From an uncultured Rhizobium sp. (lineage in GTDB: Bacteria > Pseudomonadota > Alphaproteobacteria > SHVZ01), in the NCBI GenBank assembly GCA_964504845.1, contig CAZDGR010000004.1, positions 1-38,194 of the forward strand: 38,194 bases of DNA, written 5' to 3'. The notes beneath the pieces were generated by a model that was not told the origin of the DNA, made no database searches, and worked only from the letters and a program-made list of their open reading frames with translations. The position numbers and the translations under genes were made by a program. Below are positions 18,729-28,453 of the stretch, piece by piece (the stretch's first letter is position 1; each line of letters opens with the position of its first letter).

Positions 18729-20675
18729 TCAGTCGGCGTGCAGATCCATGAGTACGGCCTCGACGACCGACGTCCAATCGTTCGGCGCAGGCTGACGATA
18801 CAGGCGCAGAGTCGGGTACCAGGGGCTGTCGCTGCGGCCGAGAAGCCAGCGCCAGTCCGGCGAAAAAGGCAGCAGGGTCCACCCGGGCCTGCCGAGCGCA
18901 CCGACCAGATGCATGACCGACGTATCGACACCGATGACCAGGTCGAGGCCGGCTATCACCGCTGCCGTGTCCGTAAAGTCGCTCAGTTGCGTCGGATTCT
19001 CGATCTTCGTGGCGTCAGTCGAGAGGTCGTCGATGTCGCCCGCGCGCGACCCGACCTGCAGCGGCACGATGGTGATTCCGGAAATGCTGCAGAGCCCGGC
19101 GATGAGACCTCGGAGGGACTTCGCGTCGAGGGAACGGTTCCTGTCGTTCCTGTGCTGTGGATTTCCGGCCCAGACAAGGCCGATCCGACGGCCACACGGG
19201 CGAGGGTCATGCGGCGGAACAGTGAGATAGGGGACGCGGGCCGGAACTGTGCGCAAACTCGTCCCCAGCCTGTGCGCCAGGCTTAGCAGCGGCACATGCA
19301 CGTCGAAGAAGGGCAAGGGATCGCCCTTCGCGACCACCATGGCAACTCCAGAGACGTCGGCCATCAAGCGCACCAGCGCCGGCTGGCACTCGAGGATCAC
19401 GCGAAATCCCATGGCCGCGAGAGGCGCCAGATAGCGGACGAACTGGATTGTATCGCCGAGGCCTTGCTCGGCATGCACCAGGATCGTCCGCCCTGCCCCC
19501 GGTTCGCCCTGCCAAACCGGCTCCAGGAAGGGGCGACGCCAGCCGGCGAAGGCGCGCAACGTCCAGCGCTCCTCGTAGTCGGCAAAGCCCCGCTCCAGGT
19601 CGCCCGACACCAGCCGCGAGACTCCGCGGTTCCATTGCGCCTCGCCATCCGCGTAGCCCGCGGACATCGCCCGATCGAACCACCGAATTGCCGGACCGAT
19701 ATCGTTCCACGCCAGATCCTGCGAGCCAAGATTGTTGAGGGCGTGAACGTGAGAAGGTTCGTGGAGGAGGGCGCGATGGTGCCAGCGGCGCGCCTCAGTC
19801 GAGCCGGGCGGCAAGGCGGTTCCGAGATTGGTCATCGCACCGGCACTGTCCGGCGCCAAGGTCACCGCCCGGCAAAACCAGCGAAGCGTGTCGGCCAGTT
19901 GATCCAGCTCACGTAACGCGGCTCCAAGATTGGCAACAGCCTCGACAAGCCGCGGCTCCAGCGCCAGCGCCCGCCGATAGCAGCAACCTGCCGCGCCCGC
20001 CCGGCCGTCGGCCCAGTGGCGGCCGCCCAGGCGGTGCCATCCGGCCGCCCGGTATCGGTCCAGCACGATCGCGCGCATGGCCTTCTGCAGACGTTCGCCG
20101 TTCCCGGTCTCGACGATCTCGGGGTCCGCGAATGCGTCCCATCCGTCGACGCGATCGGGAGCCAATGCCAAACCGCGGCGAAGCGCGCCGATGCTCTCAC
20201 GCTTCTGGCCAAGCCGTCCGCATGCGAGGCCGACGCCGATCAGGGCGGCGGCCGACAGGGGCGAGATTGCCAGGGCGCGACCGAATGCCTGAAGCGATAC
20301 CGGTGCGGCTCGGTCCATCCAAGCGGCGCCGGTCCTAATCCAGCCTTCGGCCTGGTCCGGTGAAAGCGTTGCGGCCCGTCGAAGCGACCGCATGCGCACG
20401 CCTACCTCCGGGTGCACCGACGCAAGCGCGACCAGTGCTTCGACGTCGAGAGCAGAGATGCTCAGCAGTCGCAGAAGCCATTGGCTCGCGCCAACGTCCT
20501 GGCCGAGCCGCTGTGCGCACGCCGCCAGGTTGCTGAGGCTGTCGAGCCCGACTGGCAAGAGCGCCACCGCCCTCCGGAGAGCGAGGCCAGCTTCTGCCGG
20601 ACGATCGGCCAGCAGCGCGCGGGTGCCGGCCTCTGCCCAGGCAGCTCCGGGATCGATCCCGACGACCGAGGTCAC
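18729..20675 (-). CDS. TPR-repeat + GT9-like glycosyltransferase
   Basis: TPRs, then YEERW, EQGLGDTIQFVRY, IGLVWAGNPQHRNDRNRS, DFTDTAAVIAGLDLVIGVDTSVMHLVGALG and DWRW...SPWYPTLRLYRQ. Start estimated at GTG 20675. Confidence 0.88.
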   Translation of the reverse strand: MTSVVGIDPGAAWAEAGTRALLADRPAEAGLALRRAVALLPVGLDSLSNLAACAQRLGQDVGASQWLLRLLSISALDVEALVALASVHPEVGVRMRSLRRAATLSPDQAEGWIRTGAAWMDRAAPVSLQAFGRALAISPLSAAALIGVGLACGRLGQKRESIGALRRGLALAPDRVDGWDAFADPEIVETGNGERLQKAMRAIVLDRYRAAGWHRLGGRHWADGRAGAAGCCYRRALALEPRLVEAVANLGAALRELDQLADTLRWFCRAVTLAPDSAGAMTNLGTALPPGSTEARRWHHRALLHEPSHVHALNNLGSQDLAWNDIGPAIRWFDRAMSAGYADGEAQWNRGVSRLVSGDLERGFADYEERWTLRAFAGWRRPFLEPVWQGEPGAGRTILVHAEQGLGDTIQFVRYLAPLAAMGFRVILECQPALVRLMADVSGVAMVVAKGDPLPFFDVHVPLLSLAHRLGTSLRTVPARVPYLTVPPHDPRPCGRRIGLVWAGNPQHRNDRNRSLDAKSLRGLIAGLCSISGITIVPLQVGSRAGDIDDLSTDATKIENPTQLSDFTDTAAVIAGLDLVIGVDTSVMHLVGALGRPGWTLLPFSPDWRWLLGRSDSPWYPTLRLYRQPAPNDWTSVVEAVLMDLHAD

Positions 20676-20706
20676 GACGTTCGACCGGGCATGACCGACC
20701 GTCGCT

Positions 20707-21420
20707 TCAACGATCGCGGGCCGGATGCCCCGACAGGGCGCGGCGCTCCCCTTCCGCAATCTCGCCTTCCGACATCTGCGTACGCAACAGATCCATGTTC
20801 TCTTCCGCCTCCGGCTGGCCCGATCCGGCGGCCAGCTTGAACCACGCATATGCCTCGACGGTGGAGCCTGCAGTCTCGCCCTCGGCGATCATCACCCCAA
20901 ATAGGTTCTGAGCATCGGGCAGGCCCGCTTCCGCCGCCAGCCGCAGCCAGTGGGTCGCCTTCTCGGGATCGGCGGGAACACCCATACCGTGCCGATAAGC
21001 CTCGCCCAGCTTCAGCATCGCCATGGGAAAGTCGCCGAGTGCAGACTTCTGATACCAGCTCACCGCTCCCGGAAAATCGACGAGGCCGCCTTCCCCTCTC
21101 TCGGCCAGCAGTCCCAGGTTGAAGGCGGCCGTGGCATTGCCGTGCCACGCTGCTCGCTCGAGCCACTGCTTGGCCAAGCCGATGTCGTGCGGCAGCCCGC
21201 CGAGCCCGACCAGGTACAGCCCGCCCAGATATGCCTGTGCGTCCGCGTCGTCCTGCTCGGCGAGCCTGCGGAGAAGCGGGACGGCAGCCGCGAAGTCGCT
21301 CCGCTGCATCATGGCCATCGCACGCGCCAGATCGTCCGCAGCCCCCGCCGGCGGCATCCCGAGGAGCAGCGCCAGACCGAGCAACGCCGTGACGACGACT
21401 GATCGGGACGACCGCATCAT
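20707..21420 (-). CDS. Sel1-repeat protein with N-terminal signal peptide
   Basis: Basic N-terminus, hydrophobic core and AGA cleavage-like site. Sel1 repeats AQAYLGGLYLVGLGG, AAFNLG, AMLKLGEAYRHGMGVPAD and AYAWFKLAA. Confidence 0.88.
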   Translation of the reverse strand: MMRSSRSVVVTALLGLALLLGMPPAGAADDLARAMAMMQRSDFAAAVPLLRRLAEQDDADAQAYLGGLYLVGLGGLPHDIGLAKQWLERAAWHGNATAAFNLGLLAERGEGGLVDFPGAVSWYQKSALGDFPMAMLKLGEAYRHGMGVPADPEKATHWLRLAAEAGLPDAQNLFGVMIAEGETAGSTVEAYAWFKLAAGSGQPEAEENMDLLRTQMSEGEIAEGERRALSGHPARDR

Positions 21421-21464
21421 TGCTTGTCCTCTCCGCCGCTGAGGCGAGCCGCAGATAGCATCCC

Positions 21465-23486
21465 TTAGCCCCCTTCCTCGGCCTGCTCAACCATCCAGCC
21501 ATACGCAGCCTCGAGCTTTCGCGCCATGTCATTGGCATCTGTCAGGGAAGAGCACGCCATCGCCGCCCGCAGCGAAGTCCGGAGGCCAGCCCGTCCGGCC
21601 TCGTCGGCGGCCAGCTTCACCGCGATCTCCCGATAGGACTCGACGTCCGAGGCGATGAGGTCGTCCGCTCCGACGGCACGGAGGATGGCAGCTGATTGCC
21701 GCTCGATGATCGACCGGCCTCGGAGGCTGACGACCGGAACGCCCATCCACAGCGCCTCGCACGTCGTCACTCCGCCAGTAAACGGAAACGGGTCGAGGGC
21801 GATGTCGATATCTCCATACTCGGCCAGCATGTCGTGGTGCGGCGAGGCGCCCGCAAGTTCCAGACGGTCCGGCGCGATGCCGTGTGCCTGAAACCGACGC
21901 CTCATGATCGCGGCGACCGACGGCTCCGTCATCGACCACCATTTCAGACGGAGTCGCGACTCCGGCAACTCCTTCATGATGCTCGCCCAAACCGCGATCA
22001 CCTCGTCGCCTATCTTGGGCGGATAGTTGAAACATCCGAAGCGAACCCAGCCGTTCCGCATGCCGGGTGGAGGCGCGGGCGCCGGTGCATCGGCCGGAGG
22101 GATGTAACAAAAACGTGGGCGGTTGAGCCGAAAGGGCTGTTCAGCGAGATGCTGGTCGGCACCTTCAGGCGAATGGTCGCCGTCGGTCAGGAACCAGTCG
22201 ATCGAGGCAAGACCGGTGGTAAAGAAGCTCTCGATCCAGGTCGCCTGAACACGGGCGGGGCGGCGGGCAAAGACGTCGAGGCGGTTCCCGGGCGTGTGGC
22301 CGGCAAGGTCCACCAGCACATCGACGCGGTCGCCACGGATCGCCTGTGCAGCGGCTTGGTCGCTCAGACCAGAGATGTCTCTGGTGCCCCGAAGCGCCGG
22401 CCCAAGATCCAGTGCGCCAGGCGTTCCTCGCCGCGCCTGAACGTAGGCAAAGACCTCCACGGCTTCCGGATCGTGCCGGGCGATGGCCGACAACCCGAGA
22501 TGCCTCGTGGACGCGAGTGTGAAGGTGGAAACATAGCCGATCCGCGGACGCGTCGCCGCCGGTCGTGCCGGATATCTCGCCGATACCGGCTTGCGGCTCC
22601 ACCACGCCCCCGCAGTCTTCGCTTGAGCGGCGCTCATCCCCGGCAGGTAAGCGAGCACCATCAGAAGATTTGAAAGAAACGTCGCCCTGCCGGGTTCGAT
22701 AGCCAGCGCGCGACGATGCGCTGTCGCGGCCGAGGAGGGTGAGACCGCCTCCTGGCTCGCATTACCGAAATTGGTGTGCGCCTCGCTGGAAGCCGGTTCG
22801 AGCACGAGCGCCCTGCGGGCCGCACGGGTCGCAGCCGTGAGACGCCCGAGGTCATGACTGGCCAGCGCCGTGTTCGACCAGGCCGCCGCGTGCAGGGGCC
22901 TGCACGACAGGCTGCGGGCGAAGGATCTGGCGCCGGCCGTGATGTCTCCATCATCATAGGCCAGACTGCCGGAACTGTTCAGGCCATCCGCATCGGCCGG
23001 AAAGCGCGCGACTGCTTGGCGCAGGATACGGCGCGCCTGCCTTCGATCGGTTCGGGCCAGGGCCAAGCCAAGCCGAAGCAGCCTTTCGGCGGCCGGATCG
23101 ATCGCCACCGCGCGACGCATCCAGTTGACCCGTTCCCGCTCGCCGCTCTGCGCGGCGCTCAGCAGATCCATGAGCGCCGGCATCACCGGCGCGATGGCAA
23201 GCGCCCGGGCCATCATTTTCGGCGTAGCCGCGTCGATCTCTGCCGCCGCGAGGCAGGTGTTGACCACCACGCGGACGTCACCCGGCGCCAAGGCTGAAGC
23301 GCGTGCAAGCAGACGGCTCGCCGACCGCGCGGTCCCGGCCGCCAGGTCCCGCGCCGCATAACCGTTCAGGGCATCGATGTCGGCCGGGCCGAGAGCGATC
23401 GCCTGTCGATACGCGGGCCGCGCGCCCTCGAGGTCGCCGGCCCGATGACGCGCGAGAGCCGAGGCGAGGGCAGAGGCGACGGTCAT
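21465..23486 (-). CDS. TPR-repeat GT41 glycosyltransferase (SPINDLY-like, atypical active-site loop)
   Basis: TPRs, SNLLMVL, RIGYVS (no HPV/HSV His after it), DLAGHT, FGCFNYPPKI and DPFPFTGGVTTCEALWMGVP. Confidence 0.88.
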   Translation of the reverse strand: MTVASALASALARHRAGDLEGARPAYRQAIALGPADIDALNGYAARDLAAGTARSASRLLARASALAPGDVRVVVNTCLAAAEIDAATPKMMARALAIAPVMPALMDLLSAAQSGERERVNWMRRAVAIDPAAERLLRLGLALARTDRRQARRILRQAVARFPADADGLNSSGSLAYDDGDITAGARSFARSLSCRPLHAAAWSNTALASHDLGRLTAATRAARRALVLEPASSEAHTNFGNASQEAVSPSSAATAHRRALAIEPGRATFLSNLLMVLAYLPGMSAAQAKTAGAWWSRKPVSARYPARPAATRPRIGYVSTFTLASTRHLGLSAIARHDPEAVEVFAYVQARRGTPGALDLGPALRGTRDISGLSDQAAAQAIRGDRVDVLVDLAGHTPGNRLDVFARRPARVQATWIESFFTTGLASIDWFLTDGDHSPEGADQHLAEQPFRLNRPRFCYIPPADAPAPAPPPGMRNGWVRFGCFNYPPKIGDEVIAVWASIMKELPESRLRLKWWSMTEPSVAAIMRRRFQAHGIAPDRLELAGASPHHDMLAEYGDIDIALDPFPFTGGVTTCEALWMGVPVVSLRGRSIIERQSAAILRAVGADDLIASDVESYREIAVKLAADEAGRAGLRTSLRAAMACSSLTDANDMARKLEAAYGWMVEQAEEGG

Positions 23487-23605
23487 GTCCGTTTGCGGAG
23501 GAGGAGTTGCTCGTTGGTGCGAGACGCGCTTGGGCTCGTAGCACGCCCCCCAGGAGGCGTCGATACCGCTTGTTCCTCGCCGGCAGCGCGGCTAAGTCGT
23601 CCTTC

Positions 23606-25444
23606 ATGCCGCCTTCCCCGCGTCCCGCGACCGGCACGCTTCTCCTGACGTTTCGCGTCGCGATCGCGCAGTCCCCGGCCGATATCGCTGCCCTCGTCGC
23701 TTTTGGCAGCCGGCTTGCGGATGCCGGAGATCCCGCCGTCTCGCGCCTCTGGATCGATCGCGCTTTGGCGACGTCGACCACGGAACCGGGTCTGTACGAG
23801 GCCGCGGCGGCCGTGACGCTGCGCACCGGCGATTTCTCGGCAGCATCTCAACGGCTGCGCCGGGTGCTGGCGTCCGACCCGCGCCACGTTTCCGGTCACC
23901 TCGCACTTGCGCGTGCCTATCACGCCCTGAGGCAACGGGAGAGTTGGCACCCGGCGGTCGGGCGCGCCGTCGCGCTGGACCCGCACTCGACCGAGAGCTG
24001 GCGCATCGCCTCGTCGCTGCTGCGTTCGTCCGGACGGCTGGCCGAGGCGCGCGCCACCGGCCGACGCGCCGCGAGCCTCTCTCCCGCCGATCCCGGTGCC
24101 CTGGTCGAGACGGCGCGAGCCGAGCACGCACTCGGCTTGGTTCCTGTGGCCGCGAACCGCATCGAACGCGCACTTGCCTGCGCGCCCGACAACGCCGACA
24201 ACGCCAACCTGTCGGCCCTGATCAATGCCTATGCCGGCCCCGTATCGCTTCTCGGAGCCGCGGTTCGCCGGCATGCCGTGCTCGCGCGGCGCTCACGGAC
24301 CCGTCCGCCGCCTTTGCATGATCCGCGCGCCGAGCGTCCGCTTCGGGTCGGCTACGTCTCGGCCGATCTCCACGACCATCCGGTTGGCCACACGCTGATC
24401 GGACTGATCGAAGGGCATGATCGCGAGCGCCAGTCCGTCTTCTGCTACGCTTCGGTATCGCAACCCGACTGGCTGACCGCACGCTTCCGAGCCGCCGCAA
24501 GCGCCTTCCGGCCTGTCTTCGGCCTGAGCGATGAGGCGTTGCGCAAGGTCATCGAAGCAGACCGTATCGACGTCCTGGTCCATGTCGCGGCGCGCTTCTC
24601 CGGAAATCGCCCGGGCCTGGCAGCCGTGCGAGCATCAGCCGTGCAGATCGCCATGTTCGACGTTACGTCGGCAGGGACCCGCGACATCGACGCGACCCTC
24701 TCTGATCGCGATCTGCATCCGACGGAGTCAGGCGAGTATTTTGCGGAACCGGTGCGGCTGCTGCCCGCTTCCTGCCTGTTCTCGCCGCCGCCCGCTCCCG
24801 ACATTCCGCCGCTGCCGGCGCGAGCGAGAGGTCATATTACTTTCGGGTCTGCCAACAATCCGGCGAAATGGTCCGCCGAGACGCTATCGCTCTGGGCAAG
24901 GATCCTCGATCGCTTGCCCGGCGCCAGGCTCTGGCTCAAGTTCTACGACCGTACCGGCGACGTCTCGACCGAAGCGGTCTTGCGCCAGCGCCTTTACGAG
25001 CATGGGCTGCCGCCTGACAGAGTGGACTTCGGCGCCGGCGCACTCACCAAGGTCGACCACCTGGCTGCGCTTGGGGCCGTCGATGTCGCCCTGGACCCGC
25101 ACCCTTTCGGCGGCGCGACGGCAAGCTTCGAGGCTCTCTGGATGGGCCTCCCGATCGTTACCCTCGCCGGAGATCGCCTGGTCGGCCGGACCAGCGCCAT
25201 GCTGCTCCGCCACGCCGGACTTTCCGATCTTGTCGCCGCGACACCCGCTGACTACGTCGATGTCGCCTGCCGGCTGGCAACCGACAATGGGCGGCTGCAA
25301 GAGTTGCGGCAGGTCCTACGGAAGCGCCTTGAAGCGTCACCGATCTTGGACCGTGCCGCCTACGTCGCGACCGTCGAGCGCGCCTATCGCGAGGCCTGGG
25401 CATCGGCCTGCGAGCGGCACCATCGCCTCCACATGTCGCGATAG
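23606..25444 (+). CDS. TPR-repeat GT41 glycosyltransferase (SPINDLY-like)
   Basis: GYVSADLHDHPVG, FGSANNPAKW and DPHPFGGATASFEALWMG. ATG 23606 chosen to avoid overlap with the divergent gene. Confidence 0.88.
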   Translation: MPPSPRPATGTLLLTFRVAIAQSPADIAALVAFGSRLADAGDPAVSRLWIDRALATSTTEPGLYEAAAAVTLRTGDFSAASQRLRRVLASDPRHVSGHLALARAYHALRQRESWHPAVGRAVALDPHSTESWRIASSLLRSSGRLAEARATGRRAASLSPADPGALVETARAEHALGLVPVAANRIERALACAPDNADNANLSALINAYAGPVSLLGAAVRRHAVLARRSRTRPPPLHDPRAERPLRVGYVSADLHDHPVGHTLIGLIEGHDRERQSVFCYASVSQPDWLTARFRAAASAFRPVFGLSDEALRKVIEADRIDVLVHVAARFSGNRPGLAAVRASAVQIAMFDVTSAGTRDIDATLSDRDLHPTESGEYFAEPVRLLPASCLFSPPPAPDIPPLPARARGHITFGSANNPAKWSAETLSLWARILDRLPGARLWLKFYDRTGDVSTEAVLRQRLYEHGLPPDRVDFGAGALTKVDHLAALGAVDVALDPHPFGGATASFEALWMGLPIVTLAGDRLVGRTSAMLLRHAGLSDLVAATPADYVDVACRLATDNGRLQELRQVLRKRLEASPILDRAAYVATVERAYREAWASACERHHRLHMSR

Positions 25445-27072
25445 GCCGTCTCGAAGTAGCCCGCCTGACTTTTCCCGTCGCAGAGCGGCGAGCTCCGCAT
25501 CCTTTCCCGCAGATCGAGGCGCAGCGCCGCAAGCTTTCCGAGATCGCGCGCGACCGAGGCGGCGATTGACCCGAACTCAGCCGGCGTCCGTGCGACGAAC
25601 TCGCCCAGACCCAGGCGATCCATGACCGCGTAGCCGACACGCCCGGCGAACCGCTCTCCAAGCAGCGTGATGACGGGAACGCCCATCCACAGCGCTTCGA
25701 AGCTGGAGGTCCATCCGCCGAACGGAAACGGATCCAGCGCGATGTCGATGTCGTTCCAGAGAGCAAGCTGCTCGGTCCGCGTATGGTCGCCTCCGCCGAA
25801 CACGATACGGTCGGCGCTCACGCCCTCTGCGGCGAACATGCCGAGGACGCGCCGCTGCACCGATGCGTCGGCATACCAGTCGACGTACTTGAGTCCAATC
25901 CGCGAAGCAGGCACGGCGCGCAGCGCCGCTGCCCAGGCAGAGATGGTGGTCGGCGTCAGTTTCGCTGGATTGCTGAAGGAACCGAAAGTGACACGCCCAG
26001 TCCTGAGCGCCGGCAAAGGCTGGACCGGCGGAGCCTGGTCGTCCGGCGGTTGCAGGAAGAAGCACGGCAGGCGAGCTACCGTTTCGGTGAACCGTTCACT
26101 CCAGCCTTGCCCGTCAGCGGGGTGGAGGCGGGGGTCCGATATCCAGTAATCGACAACCTCCAGACCGCTGGTCGACACGTCGTCCAGGCTCACCTGGATC
26201 GGCGCCGGTCGGTGCGCGGTCACCAGCAGGCGATTGTGCGCGCTGTGGCCACCGACGACGACCAAGATGTCGACACCGTCGGTTCTTATCTGTTTGGCGA
26301 GTTCCTCGTCCGATAGGCCGGCGACCTGACGCCACACCGCGCTTCGGCTTCGGCAGCGTTCGGTGAGATCGTCCGAGAAGCGGATCGAAGCATAGGCGTT
26401 GACCTGAACGAGCTGCGGATCGTGGTTCTCGAGCAGTTCGACCAGGATGCGACCGAGCGGATGGTCGCGAAAGTCTTGAGACACGTATCCCACGACGATC
26501 CTGCGCTCGGGATCGACCGAGTTGGCGTGGCGCCGATCCGCCCGATAGAGCGGCCGGGCGTAGAGGTCTTCCCAGCGGCGATACTCGGCGAACAACGCCT
26601 CACTCGTGAGGCGGTCGTCGTAGCTCATGGTGAAGAGAAGGTTGCTGTGCAGGGCGCTGGTCGGCGCGATGGCGATGGTACGCCGGTAGGCGAGGAGCGA
26701 CTCCTCTACGAAGCCGCCGGCCTTGAGAGCCTGGGCCGTGTTGTTGTGGGCCGTCTGATCGGCCGGAATCATCGCCAGCGTCCGGCGCCCGATGCGGATT
26801 GCCGGCTCCACGAGCCCGTAGCGGGACAAGGTGCCTGCAAGGTTTCCGAAGATCATCGTGTTGTACGCATCTCGTGCCAGCGCCCTGCCATAGGCGGTGG
26901 TTGCGGCGACGAGGTCGAAGCGAAGGTCGGCGAGGACCCCCATCAGGTTTAGGATGGCCGGCTCCTGCGGCGCATCCGCCAGCGCCCGGCGCGCCCAGGT
27001 CTCCGCGCCGGCGATATCGCCATTGCGATGATGCTCCTCCGCCTTGAGAAACGGATCGACGGCTGCGGTCAT
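25384..27072 (-). CDS. TPR-repeat GT41 glycosyltransferase (SPINDLY-like)
   Basis: ATG 27072 overlaps the upstream TGA. Motifs HSNLLF, GYVSQDFRDHPLG, FGSFSNPAKL and DPFPFGGWTSSFEALWMGVP. Confidence 0.9.
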   Translation of the reverse strand: MTAAVDPFLKAEEHHRNGDIAGAETWARRALADAPQEPAILNLMGVLADLRFDLVAATTAYGRALARDAYNTMIFGNLAGTLSRYGLVEPAIRIGRRTLAMIPADQTAHNNTAQALKAGGFVEESLLAYRRTIAIAPTSALHSNLLFTMSYDDRLTSEALFAEYRRWEDLYARPLYRADRRHANSVDPERRIVVGYVSQDFRDHPLGRILVELLENHDPQLVQVNAYASIRFSDDLTERCRSRSAVWRQVAGLSDEELAKQIRTDGVDILVVVGGHSAHNRLLVTAHRPAPIQVSLDDVSTSGLEVVDYWISDPRLHPADGQGWSERFTETVARLPCFFLQPPDDQAPPVQPLPALRTGRVTFGSFSNPAKLTPTTISAWAAALRAVPASRIGLKYVDWYADASVQRRVLGMFAAEGVSADRIVFGGGDHTRTEQLALWNDIDIALDPFPFGGWTSSFEALWMGVPVITLLGERFAGRVGYAVMDRLGLGEFVARTPAEFGSIAASVARDLGKLAALRLDLRERMRSSPLCDGKSQAGYFETAYRDMWRRWCRSQADAQASR

Positions 27073-28453
27073 GCGCGCACGGCCTCTTTCGCCATTGAAA
27101 CCAATTCCCGCTCCACCTCGGCAGCGACCGCCTGCCAATCGTCCGCGCGAGGCTGACGGACCAGCCGCATCGTCGGGTACCAGGGCGTATCCGAACGGTC
27201 GAGCATCCACCGCCAGTCCGCCGGGGTCGGCTCATCGGTCACCCGCATGGCCACGAATTGGACATCCCGTATCCCGCAGAGGCGGTCGAGAGCCTCGAGG
27301 GGAAAGGAGCGCCGCCGGTCGTCCCGATGGGCCGGATTCCCCTGCCAGCAAAGCCCTATGCGCAACGCCCGTGCGGCGCCGAGGCGTTCCCGCCATGCGC
27401 GGCGGCCGGCAACCTGCGGCGCCGGGTCAGGAGTGGCGGCGGGAACGGTTTCCGCTGTCGTACCGAACAGTCCCGGCAAGCTCGTCAGTCGGCAATTCCT
27501 GTCGTGATCCAGCACGTTCTCATCCGAGACAACGACATCCGCCACGACATCCAGCGTCTTCAGAAGGCGCACGGGTCGAGCCTGAACCGGAAGGATCGTT
27601 CGGAGACCCCGTCGCGCAGCGAGCTGGGCATAGCGGCAGAACTGGACTGTATCCCTGAGCTCCTGCTTGGCAAAAAGGAGGGGCGTCTTGCCGGAGGCGG
27701 CCTCACCTCGCAATCGCCGATGGCGGGGCGGGCGGGGCGCCTGCGCGCCCGGCACATCGAAGCGGGCCTCCGCATCAGGCCAAGCCTCTGCAGGCCTACC
27801 GGCGAGCAGCCGTGCGACCGCCCGAATCCAGGCCGCATGGGGAAAGCAGGAGTGAGTCGCCAGGGCGCGGTCGGTCCACTTCTCCGCAGCCGGGAGCGTC
27901 CGGCGCGTACTTCGAAAATGGCGTTATTGTTCAGGCTCTCCGACTGCGCCGGCTGAAGTGCGAGCGCCTTCCAGTTCTCGCGTCCCCCTTCGTCGAGCCG
28001 GTCCTCGCGTCTGAGACCGATCCCGAAGTTGCCGCGGGCCGGTGGATCCTGATCATCCCGTGCAAACGCGCGATCGAGCCACATCCGCTCGGTGGCGAAA
28101 TCGTCTTCGCCGACCGTCGTCGAGATCGAGGCCGCATAGAGTCCTGACATTGGCTCCAGGGCAAGCGGGCGCCGCAGGAGCCGCGCCGCCGTCGGTTTGT
28201 CCGCGCGATCGATGCAGACCCCCGCAAACGCAGCCAGGTGAACCGGCGACGTTGGCACGATCGCGACGCTCCGCCCGAGCCAGCGGACCGGGCCGTCTTC
28301 CTCGCCGGAACCTTTGAGCGCGACGCCCATGAGATGCAGCGCTACACCGTCGGAAGGGAGCCCCACCAGATGATGGCGGGCAAGGCGGACAGCGGCCGGG
28401 ACCTGGCCCCGTTGCAGGGCTTCGACTGCCAATGCGAGTTGGGGGTCAAGCAA
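27069..28453 (-). pseudogene. Pseudogenised TPR + GT9-like glycosyltransferase
   Basis: The TPR N-half (LDPQLALAVEALQRG...) and the GT9 C-half lie in different frames, with the shift near 27885-27900. EQGLGD has decayed to KQELRD. The DFxDTAA..LDLVIxVDT..HLAGAxG block present in both paralogs is missing before DWRW (junction near 27219-27240). Confidence 0.8.

Noticed and set aside
24531-25625. 364-aa + strand ORF
   Set aside because: Alternative frame within the 23606-25444 GT41 gene, Arg/Ser/Pro-rich with no motifs.
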